From NCBI GenBank assembly GCA_037440225.1, contig JBBIUN010000013.1:10936-74935 (forward strand): 64,000 bases of DNA, in the 5' to 3' direction. This document shows positions 38,953-49,066 of this stretch, piece by piece (the first letter of the stretch is position 1; each line of letters begins with the position of its first letter). This DNA is from Gemmatimonadota bacterium (lineage in GTDB: Bacteria > Gemmatimonadota > Gemmatimonadetes > Gemmatimonadales > GWC2-71-9). The translations under genes were made by a program, and so were the position numbers. The notes beneath the pieces were generated by a model. That model was not told where the DNA came from. It did not search any database and worked only from the letters and a program-made list of their open reading frames with translations.

Positions 38953-41244
38953 ATGAGAACCGCTTCCTGGTTGCTGGCCGCAGCCCTGGTGCGGGGCGCG
39001 CTGGCTCAAGCGCCCCCCGCCCTCACCCCCGACGACTACGCCCGTGCCGAACGCTTCATGGGGTACAACACCGCTCCCCTCGTCTCCGGCGCCACCGTGC
39101 GACCCACCTGGCTTTCCGGCGACCGCTTCTGGTATCGCAACACCATCCCCGGCGGCGCCGAGTTCATCCTGGTGGATCCCGCGCGGCGCACCCGGGTGCG
39201 GGCCTTCGACCACGAAGGAGTCGCGGCGGCGCTCTCCCGCGCGGCGGATACCGCCTACTCCGCCTTCCAGCTCCCCTTTACCCAGTTCACCTTCACCGCC
39301 GATGAACGCTCCATCGCGTTCGACGCCCGGCAACGGAACTGGATCTGCGACCGCGAAGGCAGCCGGTGCACCGCCGCCGAGGCCCCGCCGGAGCGCCCGG
39401 CCAACGCCGTGGTCTCGCCCGACGGCAGGCGCGCCGCCTTCATCCGCGATCACAACCTGTGGCTCCGCGATCTCGCTACCGGCGCCGAGACCCAGCTCAC
39501 CACCGACGGCGCACCGGACTTCGGTTACGCTACCGACAACGCCGGCTGGACCAAGAGCGACCGGCCTGTCCTGCTCTGGTCTCCCGACTCCCGCCGCATC
39601 GCCACCTTCCAGCACGACGGCCGCGCGGTGGGCGAGATGTACCTCGTGGAAACGCGGGTGGGACACCCGAGGCTCGAGCGCTGGAAGTATCCGCTGCCCG
39701 GCGACAGCGCCATCTTCACCATCCACCGGGTGGTGATTGACGTGGACCGCGCCCGGGTGGTCCGCCTGCACATGCCGCCCGACCCCCATCGCTCCAGCTT
39801 GTGCGATCACGTGGTCTGCCGCGGCGAGTGGGTGGACGTCGAATGGAGCCCTGACGGCACCCGCCTGTTTTTCCTCTCCACCTCCCGTGATCACAAGATC
39901 GAACAGCTGCGGGAAGCGGACCCCAACACCGGCATGGTCCGCGAGATCCTGGCCGAGTCGGTGGCTACCTTCTTCGAGTCGGGATTCGGACGGGTGAACT
40001 GGCACGTCCTGCCCGGCTCGAACGAGGTCTTGTGGTTCTCACAACGAGACGATTGGGGGCATCTCTACCTCTACGACCTGGGCAGCGGGCAACTCAAACA
40101 GCAGATCACCCGCGGCGCCTGGAATGTCCTCCAAGTGCTGAGGGTGGACCCGGAGACGCGGACCCTGTATTTCACCGCCGCCGGCCGAGAGCCCGGGGAC
40201 CCGTACTTCCGCAAGTTCTATAGCGTCCGCTTCGACGGCACCCGGCTGGCCCTGCTCACCCCGGAAGACGCCGATCACGAGATCACGCTGTCGCCTTCGG
40301 GCCGGTACTTCGTGGACAGCTACTCCCGGCCCGACGTGCCGCCGGTCACGGTGCTGCGCGATCTCGAGGGCCGCACCATCCTCGCTCTGGAACGCGCCGA
40401 CATCTCGCGGCTGCTGGCCACCGGCTGGACTCCGCCTCTGCCCTTTACGGTCAAGGCCCGCGACGGCAAGACCGACCTCTACGGCCTGATGTTTCGCCCC
40501 ACCAACTTCGACTCCACGCGGAAGTACCCCATCATCGCCAACGTGTACCCGGGACCCCAGACCGGCAGCGTGGGCAGCCGGAGCTTCTCCGCCGCCCGCG
40601 GAGACGCCCGGGCCTTGGCGGAGTTGGGGTTCATCGTGATCCAGCTCGACGCCATGGGCACCCCCATGCGCTCGAAGTCCTTCCATGCCGCCTACTACGG
40701 CAACATGGGCGACAACGGCCTGCCCGACCAGATCGCCGGCATGCGGGAACTGGCCCGCCGCTATCCCTGGATTGACCTGGATCGGGCCGGCATTTACGGC
40801 CATTCCGGCGGCGGCTACGCCGCGGCCGATGCCATTCTCCGGTATCCCGAGTTCTTCAAGGTTGCCGTCGCCCAGGCAGGCAATCACGACAACCGCGAAT
40901 ACGAAGATGACTGGGGCGAGAAGTGGCAGGGCTTGCTCGAACGCCTGCCGGACGGCACCACCAACTACGACAACCAGGCCAACCAGCTGCTGGCGGGGAA
41001 CCTCAAGGGAAAACTCCTCATCGCGCACGGCACCTTGGACGACAACGTGCCGCCGTACAACACCCTCCTCCTGGTGGACGCCCTCATCCGCCACAACCAG
41101 GATTTCGATCTGATCCTCTTTCCCAATCGCCGGCACGGCTTCGGCAACGAAGCCTACATGGTGCGGCGGAGATGGGATTACTTCGTGCGCTGGCTCATGG
41201 GCGCCGAGCCGCCGCAGGGTTACCAGATGCATCCCCGTCCCTGA
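38953..41244 (+). CDS. S9-family dipeptidyl-peptidase IV-like serine peptidase (second copy)
   Basis: Signal peptide MRTASWLLAAALVRGALAQ. Carries GIYGHSGGGY. Architecture matches 14589-16946. Confidence 0.9.
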   Translation: MRTASWLLAAALVRGALAQAPPALTPDDYARAERFMGYNTAPLVSGATVRPTWLSGDRFWYRNTIPGGAEFILVDPARRTRVRAFDHEGVAAALSRAADTAYSAFQLPFTQFTFTADERSIAFDARQRNWICDREGSRCTAAEAPPERPANAVVSPDGRRAAFIRDHNLWLRDLATGAETQLTTDGAPDFGYATDNAGWTKSDRPVLLWSPDSRRIATFQHDGRAVGEMYLVETRVGHPRLERWKYPLPGDSAIFTIHRVVIDVDRARVVRLHMPPDPHRSSLCDHVVCRGEWVDVEWSPDGTRLFFLSTSRDHKIEQLREADPNTGMVREILAESVATFFESGFGRVNWHVLPGSNEVLWFSQRDDWGHLYLYDLGSGQLKQQITRGAWNVLQVLRVDPETRTLYFTAAGREPGDPYFRKFYSVRFDGTRLALLTPEDADHEITLSPSGRYFVDSYSRPDVPPVTVLRDLEGRTILALERADISRLLATGWTPPLPFTVKARDGKTDLYGLMFRPTNFDSTRKYPIIANVYPGPQTGSVGSRSFSAARGDARALAELGFIVIQLDAMGTPMRSKSFHAAYYGNMGDNGLPDQIAGMRELARRYPWIDLDRAGIYGHSGGGYAAADAILRYPEFFKVAVAQAGNHDNREYEDDWGEKWQGLLERLPDGTTNYDNQANQLLAGNLKGKLLIAHGTLDDNVPPYNTLLLVDALIRHNQDFDLILFPNRRHGFGNEAYMVRRRWDYFVRWLMGAEPPQGYQMHPRP

Positions 41245-41262
41245 CGGCAGCCGCCAAGGATC

Positions 41263-42636
41263 CTAGCGGATCCAGACCGTCTTGATGTTCACGAATTCCC
41301 GGATCCCGAAGCTCGACAGCTCGCGCCCGTAGCCCGAGTCCTTGATCCCGCCAAAGGGGAGCCGGGGATCCGACCGCACCAGGGCGTTGACGAAACAGGA
41401 GCCCGCCGCCAGCTCTTCTCGGGCGATCCGCTCGCCCCGCGCCACGTCCCGGGTGAACACGCAGGCGCCCAAGCCGAAGGCGGTATGGTTGGCGATGCGG
41501 ATCGCGTCGCGCTCATCTTCGGCCTCGATGATCGCCGCCACCGGGCCGAACAGTTCCTCGTCGTAGGCCGGCATGCCCGGCTTCACCTGGTCCAGCACCG
41601 TGGGCGGGTAAAACGCACCCATGCCCCCCGGGACGCTGCCCCCCACGAGCAGCCGCGCCCCTTGGGCCACTGATCGCTGGACCTGTTCCTGCAGTTGGTC
41701 CCGGAGATCCTGCCGGGCCAGCGGGCCCAAGTCAATGCCGGGCTCCAGCGGCGGGCCGGCCTTCTTGGTCCGGATCAGCGCCACGTACCGGTCGGTAAAT
41801 TCGGCAATCAGCGGCCGCACCACGATGAACCGCTTCGCCGCAATGCAGCTCTGGCCGGCGTTGATGAGCCGCGAGTTCACGCAGGTCTCCACCGCCAGAT
41901 CCAGGTCTGCATCCTCCAAGACCACGTAGGGGTCGCTGCCGCCCAGTTCCAGCACCGTCTTCTTGACCACCGCCCCCGCTTGGGAAGCGACCGCCCGGCC
42001 TGCGGGCGTGCTCCCCGTGAGCGTCACGGCCCGGATCACCGGATGCTGGATGATCTTTTTCACCCGCTTGGAGCCGACCAGCAGAGCGCGGAACAAACCG
42101 GTCGGAACCCCCGCTTCCCGGAAGATCTCCTCGATAGCCAGGGCGCAGCCGAACACGTTGCTGGCATGCTTCAAGACCGCCGCGTTCCCCGCCATCAGCG
42201 CCGGCGCGGCAAAACGAAAGACCTGCCAGAACGGGAAGTTCCAGGGCATCACGGCGAGGATCACGCCCAAGGGTTCGAAGGCCACGTAGCTCCGCGAGGC
42301 ATCCGTGGCCACCCCTTCCGGGCTCAGAAAGCGTTCCCCGTTTTCGGCGTAATACTCGCAGGCCCAAGCGCATTTTTCGGCCTCCGCCCGGCCTTGAGCC
42401 AAGGGCTTGCCCATCTCCTTCGCCATCAGCTCGCCATAGCCCTCCGCATTGCGGCGCAGCATCTCCGCCGCCCGCCGCAAGCACGCCGCGCGCTCGGCAA
42501 AGCTCGAGCGCCGCCACTCCTCCTGCGCCACCGCCGCACGTTCCAAGGCCCGTTCCACCTTCTTCCAGCTCCACTCCCGGTACTCGGCGATGACCTCGCC
42601 GTCCACCGGGCTGATGCTGCGGATCACATTGGTCAC
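41263..42636 (-). CDS. NAD(P)-dependent aldehyde dehydrogenase (succinate-semialdehyde dehydrogenase-like)
   Basis: Carries VLELGGSDP and NAGQSCIAAKRF (catalytic Cys). GTG 42634-42636 follows GGAGAG. Listed ATG 42708 is also possible. Confidence 0.85.
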   Translation of the reverse strand: MTNVIRSISPVDGEVIAEYREWSWKKVERALERAAVAQEEWRRSSFAERAACLRRAAEMLRRNAEGYGELMAKEMGKPLAQGRAEAEKCAWACEYYAENGERFLSPEGVATDASRSYVAFEPLGVILAVMPWNFPFWQVFRFAAPALMAGNAAVLKHASNVFGCALAIEEIFREAGVPTGLFRALLVGSKRVKKIIQHPVIRAVTLTGSTPAGRAVASQAGAVVKKTVLELGGSDPYVVLEDADLDLAVETCVNSRLINAGQSCIAAKRFIVVRPLIAEFTDRYVALIRTKKAGPPLEPGIDLGPLARQDLRDQLQEQVQRSVAQGARLLVGGSVPGGMGAFYPPTVLDQVKPGMPAYDEELFGPVAAIIEAEDERDAIRIANHTAFGLGACVFTRDVARGERIAREELAAGSCFVNALVRSDPRLPFGGIKDSGYGRELSSFGIREFVNIKTVWIR

Positions 42637-42709
42637 GTCCGTCTCTCCGGCTGAGGCTCCTTGCTCCGTCACCGAACCGCCGGCATCCGCCGACGGCAAC
42701 CGCCCCATG

Positions 42710-43967
42710 CTAGCCGCCTCGGGGGGCAGCCGGGCTCCCGCTCGCTTCGTGCTCGAGAGCGGGCGGCTCGCGCGCCCGCTCGATCAGCCGCACCGGCCGG
42801 TCGTAGCGAAAGTAATCCCACGCCCACTCCAGCAGCACCGCGACGCGGTTCCGAAAGCCGATGATGTAGTAGAGGTGCACGAAAAGCCAGGTGAGCCACC
42901 CCATCAACCCCTTGAGCGCCCAGCGACCCAGTTGCGCCACCGCATCGTGCCGGCCGATGGTCGCCATGATTCCTTTATCCATATACCGGAAGGCTTCCAG
43001 CTCCTCGCCCCGGACCGCGCGGAGGATGTTCCGCGCCGCCCAGCGCCCTTCCTGTTACGCGCTCGTGCCCCTCGACTCGCAAGTACGGATCCACCCGCAC
43101 CCGCCCGCTCCGCGTGGTGCGAAGTCCGAGGCGGGCCACCAGATCGTTGGGCTTGACCCCCGCAGCCCACACCACGGTCCGCGCTTGAAGGCTCCGGCCG
43201 CCGGAAAACGTGACCAGACCGCCCGTTACCTGTTCCACCCGAGTGCCTAGCCATACTTCGATGCCCCGCTTCCGGAGTCTCGCCTCCGCGTCGTCGCCCA
43301 AGGCCTTGGGAAACGTGGGCAGTACCTGCTCGCGGGCTTCGGCCAGCACGATCCGCACCCGCCCGAGATCCAGCTCCGGGAAGTCCTTGACCAGCACCAA
43401 CCGCACCAGCTCCCACAAAGCCCCCGCGTACTCCACGCCCGTGGGCCCGCCGCCCACGATCACGAAGTTCAACCAGGGCTGCCGCCGGGCTGCGTCCCGC
43501 TCGCGCGCCGCCGCCTCGAAACAGCGCAACACATGGTTGCGCAGCGCCAGCGCCTCGCCCAAGTCCTTGAGCCCGTGCGCGGCCGCGGCCAGCGACGCGT
43601 TGCCGAAGTAGTTCGACGTGCTGCCCATCGCCAGCACCACGTAGTCATAGCCCAACGCTCCGGGCTCCTCCGCTTGCGGAACGCCGCCAACCGGCGCCAC
43701 GTGCACCAGACGGCGCTCCCAGTCCACACCGGTCACTTCGCCCGCCCACACGCGCACGTTGCGCGCCCTCCGAAAGACCGCTCGGATCGGATAGGCGATG
43801 TCGCTGGGGTTGAGCAGCGAGCTGGCCACCTGATACAAGAGCGGCGTAAAGAGGTGGTAGTTGTGCCGGTCCACCAGCACCACTTCGACCGGCCGCCCGG
43901 CGAGCGTGCGGGCGCACGCCAGGCCCCCAAAGCCGGCACCGACGATCACCACCCGCGGAAGCGGCAT
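42710..43967 (-). pseudogene. ndh: Type II NADH dehydrogenase (NDH-2) disrupted by an internal deletion plus frameshift
   Basis: ORF 42975..43967 (RVVIVGAGFGGLACA...VDPYLRVEGHERV) and ORF 42710..42982 (QEGRWAARNILRAV... then FRYMDKGIMATIGR...GFRNR) are the N- and C-parts in different frames. The segment that normally holds the (Y/F)AIGD motif is absent at about 43055. Confidence 0.65.
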
Positions 43968-44095
43968 GCTGTTGCTAACCTAATCGGCCCGGCGCCGTGC
44001 GCTACGCCGGTATGCCGGCCCAGCTTGACCACGCCCGCCGGCAGCGCGATACTGGCCGCCGGTGGCGGGCCGATTCGGGGCCCAGGAGCCGCAAC

Positions 44096-44890
44096 ATGAT
44101 CTTCCAAGCAAACCTCTTGCAGGGCCGCGTGGCCCTGGTGACCGGCGGCGGCACCGGCATCGGCTTCGGGATCGCCACCGAACTCGCCCGCTACGGCGCC
44201 GACGTCGCCATCGCCAGCCGCAAGCCGCAACACCTCGAGCCCGCCCGCGAGCGTCTGGCAGGCTTCGGCCGGCGCGTCCTGGCCATCGAAGCCAACGTGC
44301 GCGATCCGGAGTCGGTGCGCGCCATGGTGGGACGGGTGGAGGTGGAGCTGGGCCGGCTGGACATCCTGGTCAACAACGCGGCGGGCAACTTCTACGCGCC
44401 AGCAGCCCAGCTCACACCCAATGGCTGGCGCGCCGTGGTGGAAACCGATCTGTACGGCACCTTCTACTGCTCCCAGGCAGCCCACGCCGCCATGCAGCGC
44501 CAAGGCGGAGGGCGCATCATTTCCATCTCGATGACCCTGCACTACCGGGGCTGGCCCCTCATGGCCCACGCCACCGCCGCCAAGGCCGGCGTGGACGCGC
44601 TCACCCGTACCCTGGCCTTGGAATGGGCCTCCGACCACATCACCGTGAACGCCATCGCCCCCGGACCGATCCCGACCGAGGGTGCGACCGCTGCCTTCCA
44701 GCCGCCGCTTGGCGAGCCCGCCGACGCGGCCCAGCCCCTGGACGAAAATCTGCTGCGCCGCATCCCGTTGGGCCGCTGGGGCAGGCCCGAAGACGTGGCC
44801 AACTTGGTAGTTTACCTGGCCAGCCCGGCGGGCGATTGGATCACAGGAGCCATCTTCGTGGTGGATGGGGGCTCCTGGCTGGCCCGCTGA
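44096..44890 (+). CDS. SDR-family oxidoreductase (2,4-dienoyl-CoA-reductase-like)
   Basis: ATG 44096 follows AGGAG. Carries VALVTGGGTGIG and NNAAGNF. Confidence 0.85.
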   Translation: MIFQANLLQGRVALVTGGGTGIGFGIATELARYGADVAIASRKPQHLEPARERLAGFGRRVLAIEANVRDPESVRAMVGRVEVELGRLDILVNNAAGNFYAPAAQLTPNGWRAVVETDLYGTFYCSQAAHAAMQRQGGGRIISISMTLHYRGWPLMAHATAAKAGVDALTRTLALEWASDHITVNAIAPGPIPTEGATAAFQPPLGEPADAAQPLDENLLRRIPLGRWGRPEDVANLVVYLASPAGDWITGAIFVVDGGSWLAR

Positions 44891-44906
44891 CACCCTCTAC
44901 CTGAGA

Positions 44907-45392
44907 ATGGACGGGAGGATGGACCCGACGCCTGTTGACGCACTCTCGGCGGCGCAACGTGCCGAACTCGAAGAGCGCTGGAACAGCCATCCGGGCATGC
45001 AGCACTTGGGCGCCCGCGTAGACCTCTCCACTCCCGGATTGGTGCGGGCCACGATCGACCCCGTCCAGCCCTACCACCGCGGCGGCCTCGGCACCGAGGC
45101 TGTCAACGGCGCCGTCATCGCCGGCATGTTCGATCTGGTCATCGGCCTGGCGGGCTATCTGCACACTCTGGGGCGCCGGGCCGGCGTCGCGGAACTCAGC
45201 ATCCACTTCCTCCGCCCTGTCGAGGGCGATCGCTTTCAAGTGACCGGCTGGCCGACCCGCGTGGGACACAACCTGGTTTTCGCCCGCGCCGAACTGCGCG
45301 ACCAACGGGGCGTGGTGTGCGCCGAATCCAGCGGCGTGGTCGCCGTGTCCGGGCGAGCGCACGGCGAACCGCCCAGCGCGGTGGCCCTGTGA
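44907..45392 (+). CDS. PaaI/hotdog-fold thioesterase
   Basis: Carries HPGMQHLGARV...HRGGLGTEAVNGAVIAGMFDLVIG. Start is ambiguous (44907 or 44919). Confidence 0.7.
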   Translation: MDGRMDPTPVDALSAAQRAELEERWNSHPGMQHLGARVDLSTPGLVRATIDPVQPYHRGGLGTEAVNGAVIAGMFDLVIGLAGYLHTLGRRAGVAELSIHFLRPVEGDRFQVTGWPTRVGHNLVFARAELRDQRGVVCAESSGVVAVSGRAHGEPPSAVAL

Positions 45393-45477
45393 CGCCCTCA
45401 ACACCCCGGGCGGCCCTCGCGTAGCTAGATAGATCCCCCCGAAGCGTATGGCGACCATTCCCAGCCAGGAGGCCCAG

Positions 45478-45927
45478 ATGCCAATTGCGCTCATGCAGCA
45501 GCTCAGGGACATCACCTTCAACGCCCTGCGAATCGTGGCGGGGGTGGCTTTCATGACCCACGGCGGCCAGAAGCTCTTCGGCTGGTTCGGGGCCGAGCAG
45601 GCGGCCGCGCCGCTCTTGTCCTTCGGTACCTTCCTCGAACGCTTCTGGCCCGTGGGCCTGGCGGGCGTGCTGGAGTTCTTCGGGGGCCTGCTCGTAGCCG
45701 TCGGCCTGTTCACCCCCCAAGTGGCCTTCGTGATCGCGGGCGAGATGGCCGTCACCTACTTCTGGCGCCACTGGGGGTTCGGGGAGCGATCCTTCTGGTG
45801 GTGGGCCAATCGAGGCGAATTGGCGCTGCTCTATTGCTACCTCTGGCTCTTTTTCTGGAGCCACGGCTCGGGAAGCTTCAGCCTGGACGCCTGGCTGAAG
45901 CGGGCCAAGGCTCCTCGCGCCGGATAG
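45478..45927 (+). CDS. DoxX family membrane protein
   Basis: ATG 45478 follows AGGAGGCCCAG. Carries RIVAGVAFMTHGGQKLFGWFG. Confidence 0.8.
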   Translation: MPIALMQQLRDITFNALRIVAGVAFMTHGGQKLFGWFGAEQAAAPLLSFGTFLERFWPVGLAGVLEFFGGLLVAVGLFTPQVAFVIAGEMAVTYFWRHWGFGERSFWWWANRGELALLYCYLWLFFWSHGSGSFSLDAWLKRAKAPRAG

Positions 45928-45955
45928 GCCGCCCGCCGGCCCTCCCGCTCCGCCC

Positions 45956-47077
45956 CTAGGCTCCGAGCCGGAAGACGTCCTCCACCCGGCCTCGCGCCAC
46001 TGCCTGCTGGAAGGCCGAGTTGATCATCATCAGCTCGCCCACGTTCTCCAGCGTCACCAGCCCCACCAGCCGGCCGCCCCGCACCACCGGCAGGGTCGGG
46101 CAGCCGGCCGCCCGCATCCGCTGAAACGCCCCTTCCAGCATCTCGGTATCCTCGGCTATGGCGCAGTCGCGGCGCATGACGTCACCCACCCGGGCATGCT
46201 GCCCCTTCTCGGCCAGGGCCTTGACCAGGTCTTGGCGCGGCAACACCCCGATGACCTCGCGGTCACGCACCACGGGGAAATCCTGCTGGGAGCCCGCCAA
46301 GAGTTCGCGCACCGCGGTCGCCAGCGTGTCGTCTTCTCCCAGCACTACGAATCGCGTGATCATGGCGTCCCGTACCGGAATCCCCCGCAGCACCGATCGC
46401 ACCTGCACATGGTGCGCCTCTTCCTGCGCCCCGAGGTACACGAACAGCGCGATGAACATCAGCATCGGGTTGGAGAGCAGCCCCACCACGCCGAACAGAA
46501 TCGCCATCCCCTGCCCCACGTTGGCCGCGATCTGCGTGGCCCGTACATACTCCATGCGCTGCGCCAAGAGCGCCCGGAGCACTCGCCCTCCATCCATGGG
46601 GAACGCGGGCAGCAGGTTGAATCCCACCAGCACCAGGTTGATCCACATGAGCTGGCCCGCGAACCCGCCGCCCACCCGCGCCGCCTCGGATAACGACCTG
46701 AGGCCCGCCGTCAGTTCGAGCGACACGAACAGCGCGCCGGCAATCACCACGTTCACGGCCGGCCCCGCCAGCGCCACCCACAGCTCCTGGCGAGGATCGT
46801 CCGGCATGCGCTCCAACCGCGCTACCCCGCCGATCGGCAACAGCGTGATGTCGCGTGTCCGAATCCCATACCGGCGCGCCGTCAGGGCGTGCCCCAGCTC
46901 GTGCAGCACGACGCAGGCGAACACCGCCAGCACCAACGCGACCCCGGCGGCGGCCGCCGCCAGACTCGCGCCCCGCTGGACGTGTACCAAGACAATCCAG
47001 CCCACCAACAGCAGGAAGGTCCAGTGGACGAAGATCCCGATCCCCGCAACCGAGCCCAGTTTCCAGGACCACCTCAT
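45956..47077 (-). CDS. Site-2 protease (M50) with CBS domain pair
   Basis: Carries HELGHAL (HExxH) and a second motif [14 protein letters not shown]. The C-terminus holds a CBS pair. Confidence 0.9.
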   Translation of the reverse strand: MRWSWKLGSVAGIGIFVHWTFLLLVGWIVLVHVQRGASLAAAAAGVALVLAVFACVVLHELGHALTARRYGIRTRDITLLPIGGVARLERMPDDPRQELWVALAGPAVNVVIAGALFVSLELTAGLRSLSEAARVGGGFAGQLMWINLVLVGFNLLPAFPMDGGRVLRALLAQRMEYVRATQIAANVGQGMAILFGVVGLLSNPMLMFIALFVYLGAQEEAHHVQVRSVLRGIPVRDAMITRFVVLGEDDTLATAVRELLAGSQQDFPVVRDREVIGVLPRQDLVKALAEKGQHARVGDVMRRDCAIAEDTEMLEGAFQRMRAAGCPTLPVVRGGRLVGLVTLENVGELMMINSAFQQAVARGRVEDVFRLGA

Positions 47078-47120
47078 ACGCTAGAATGTACCCTGACCGG
47101 AGCACGGAGAGGAGACGCCA

Positions 47121-48515
47121 GTGTCCACATCCACGACCGTAACCTTCCTGGGAGGAGCGGGCACGGTTACCGGCTCGATGCACCTCGTCAGCAGCCGCGG
47201 ACGGCGCGTGCTCCTGGACTGCGGCCTCTTCCAAGGCCTCAAACCGCTCCGCCAGCGCAACTGGACCGACCGCGTCCCCCAAGCCGCTAGCCTGGACGCG
47301 GTGGTGCTGAGCCACGCGCACCTGGACCACACCGGCTACCTGCCCCGCCTCTTCCGCACCGGATTCCAGGGGCCCGTCCACTGCACGCCGGCAACCGGCG
47401 ACTTGCTGCGCATCATGCTGCCCGACGCGGCCCACCTGGAGGAAGAACAGGCCGAGCACGCCAACTTCAAAGGCTTCACCAAGCACCGGCCTGCGTTGCC
47501 CCTGTACACCGCGGCGGATGCTCGCCAGGCGCTGGATCACTTGGTCGTTCACCCTTACGAGCACGACTTTCCCGTGGGCGATGGCTTGATCGCTCGATTT
47601 CGCCGCGCCGGCCACATCCTGGGCTCGGCCACCGTGGAACTGCGGGCCCACGGCGCCACGCCCGCGACCCTGATGTTCTCCGGGGACCTCGGGCGCCCCC
47701 ACCAACCCATCCTCAGGGGCCCCGAACCCACCCCGCCCGCAGACCTCCTGCTGCTCGAATCCACCTACGGCGATCGCCACCACCCGAGCGACGCCGCCGC
47801 CTGCCTGGCGCGGATCGTCACGGAAACCGCCCACCGCGGCGGCGCCCTCGTGATCCCCGCGTTCGCGGTGGGCCGCACCCAACTGTTGCTCTGGTGGCTC
47901 CGCCAACTGGAGGAAGCCGGCCGCATCCCCACCCTGCCTACGTACGTGGACAGCCCCCTCGCCATAGACGCCTCCGCCATCTACCTCCGCCACCCCGAGG
48001 ACCACGACCTCGCCATGGAAACCCTCCTCGACCAGGGGCGGAACCCCCTGAGAACCCGTCACTTCCAACTGGCCCGCACCCGCGAGGAATCGCGCGCCTT
48101 GAACGACCTCAAAGGCCCCGTGATCATCATCTCCGCCAGCGGCATGGCCACCGGAGGCCGCGTCCTCCACCACCTCAAGCTCCGCCTGCCGGATCCCAGG
48201 ACCACGGTCCTCCTGGTCGGATTCCAAGCGGCCGGCACCAGAGGCCGGGCCCTTCAGCAGGGCGCCAAACAGGTGCGCCTGCTTGGCGCCGACGTGGCGG
48301 TGCGCGCCCGCATCGAGACGCTGGATGGACTCTCGGCCCATGCCGACCAATCCGAGCTGGTGGCCTGGCTCGAGGGCGCCACGGCCAAACCCCGCCGCAT
48401 TTGCCTGGTGCATGGCGAGCCCGAGAGCGCTAGGACGCTGGCCCGCGCCATTCGCGATCGGTTGAACGTTCCCACCGAGGTGGCGGAGGACGGATCGGCG
48501 GTGCCGGTGCGCTGA
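47121..48515 (+). CDS. MBL-fold / beta-CASP hydrolase (RNA-metabolising type)
   Basis: HxHxDH motif (LSHAHLDHTG). The C-terminus LDGLSAHADQSEL is typical of beta-CASP. Confidence 0.85.
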   Translation: MSTSTTVTFLGGAGTVTGSMHLVSSRGRRVLLDCGLFQGLKPLRQRNWTDRVPQAASLDAVVLSHAHLDHTGYLPRLFRTGFQGPVHCTPATGDLLRIMLPDAAHLEEEQAEHANFKGFTKHRPALPLYTAADARQALDHLVVHPYEHDFPVGDGLIARFRRAGHILGSATVELRAHGATPATLMFSGDLGRPHQPILRGPEPTPPADLLLLESTYGDRHHPSDAAACLARIVTETAHRGGALVIPAFAVGRTQLLLWWLRQLEEAGRIPTLPTYVDSPLAIDASAIYLRHPEDHDLAMETLLDQGRNPLRTRHFQLARTREESRALNDLKGPVIIISASGMATGGRVLHHLKLRLPDPRTTVLLVGFQAAGTRGRALQQGAKQVRLLGADVAVRARIETLDGLSAHADQSELVAWLEGATAKPRRICLVHGEPESARTLARAIRDRLNVPTEVAEDGSAVPVR

Positions 48516-48519
48516 GTCG

Positions 48520-48535
48520 GCGCGGCATACCGCGC
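48520..48535 (+). terminator. Hairpin GCGCGG-CATA-CCGCGC 5 nt after the stop codon
   Basis: Read directly. There is no U-tract. Confidence 0.3.
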
Positions 48536-49066
48536 GCACCACGCTACGGCGTGACCGCGAGGCCGCGAGCGCAAGCCGGCACCGCAGGCACCGGCAACTC
48601 GCTCCATCGGCCCGCGGGACAACACGGCCCCCTGAGCGGTGCGACTGCCCCGGGGGCCGCGGGGGGAAGGACTCCGACGGCTTGGCACCCTGGAGGGCGC
48701 CGGATGGCCCGGTCGTAGGACCCCATGCCCGCGTCCCCACAACCGGCTCACCCTGGTGCGCGGGAGTTTCTCGCGGGATGGGCGGCGGCTCGCGCCACGT
48801 TCTCCCGCCTGCGGCCCCCGCTCCGGAACCAGATGGCTCCGGCGGCGCTCGGAGAACGCCGGCCTCTCCCCCGAAAGGCGTTACCCGCAGTGAGTCGCCA
48901 CATCCGTGGCGGCTAGCCCCAACCCTGCGGCGGAGCCCCTGAAGCCATGCTGAACCCGGCGTGAATCCCGCCTCTCAAGGCCCGTTCACCTGGGCTTCAC
49001 CGGAGCTTTAGCCAACACCGGTCACTATCGGGGCACGACGCTGGGCTCCTGCAAGCGAGGCCGCCG

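Noticed and set aside
38604-38954. 116-aa ORF (minus) and overlapping plus-strand ORFs in the 38.45-38.95 kb gap, considered as small genes.
   Set aside because: There is no RBS, weaker GC3 than real genes, no recognisable motif, and the alternatives overlap one another. It is kept only as an unexplained gap finding.
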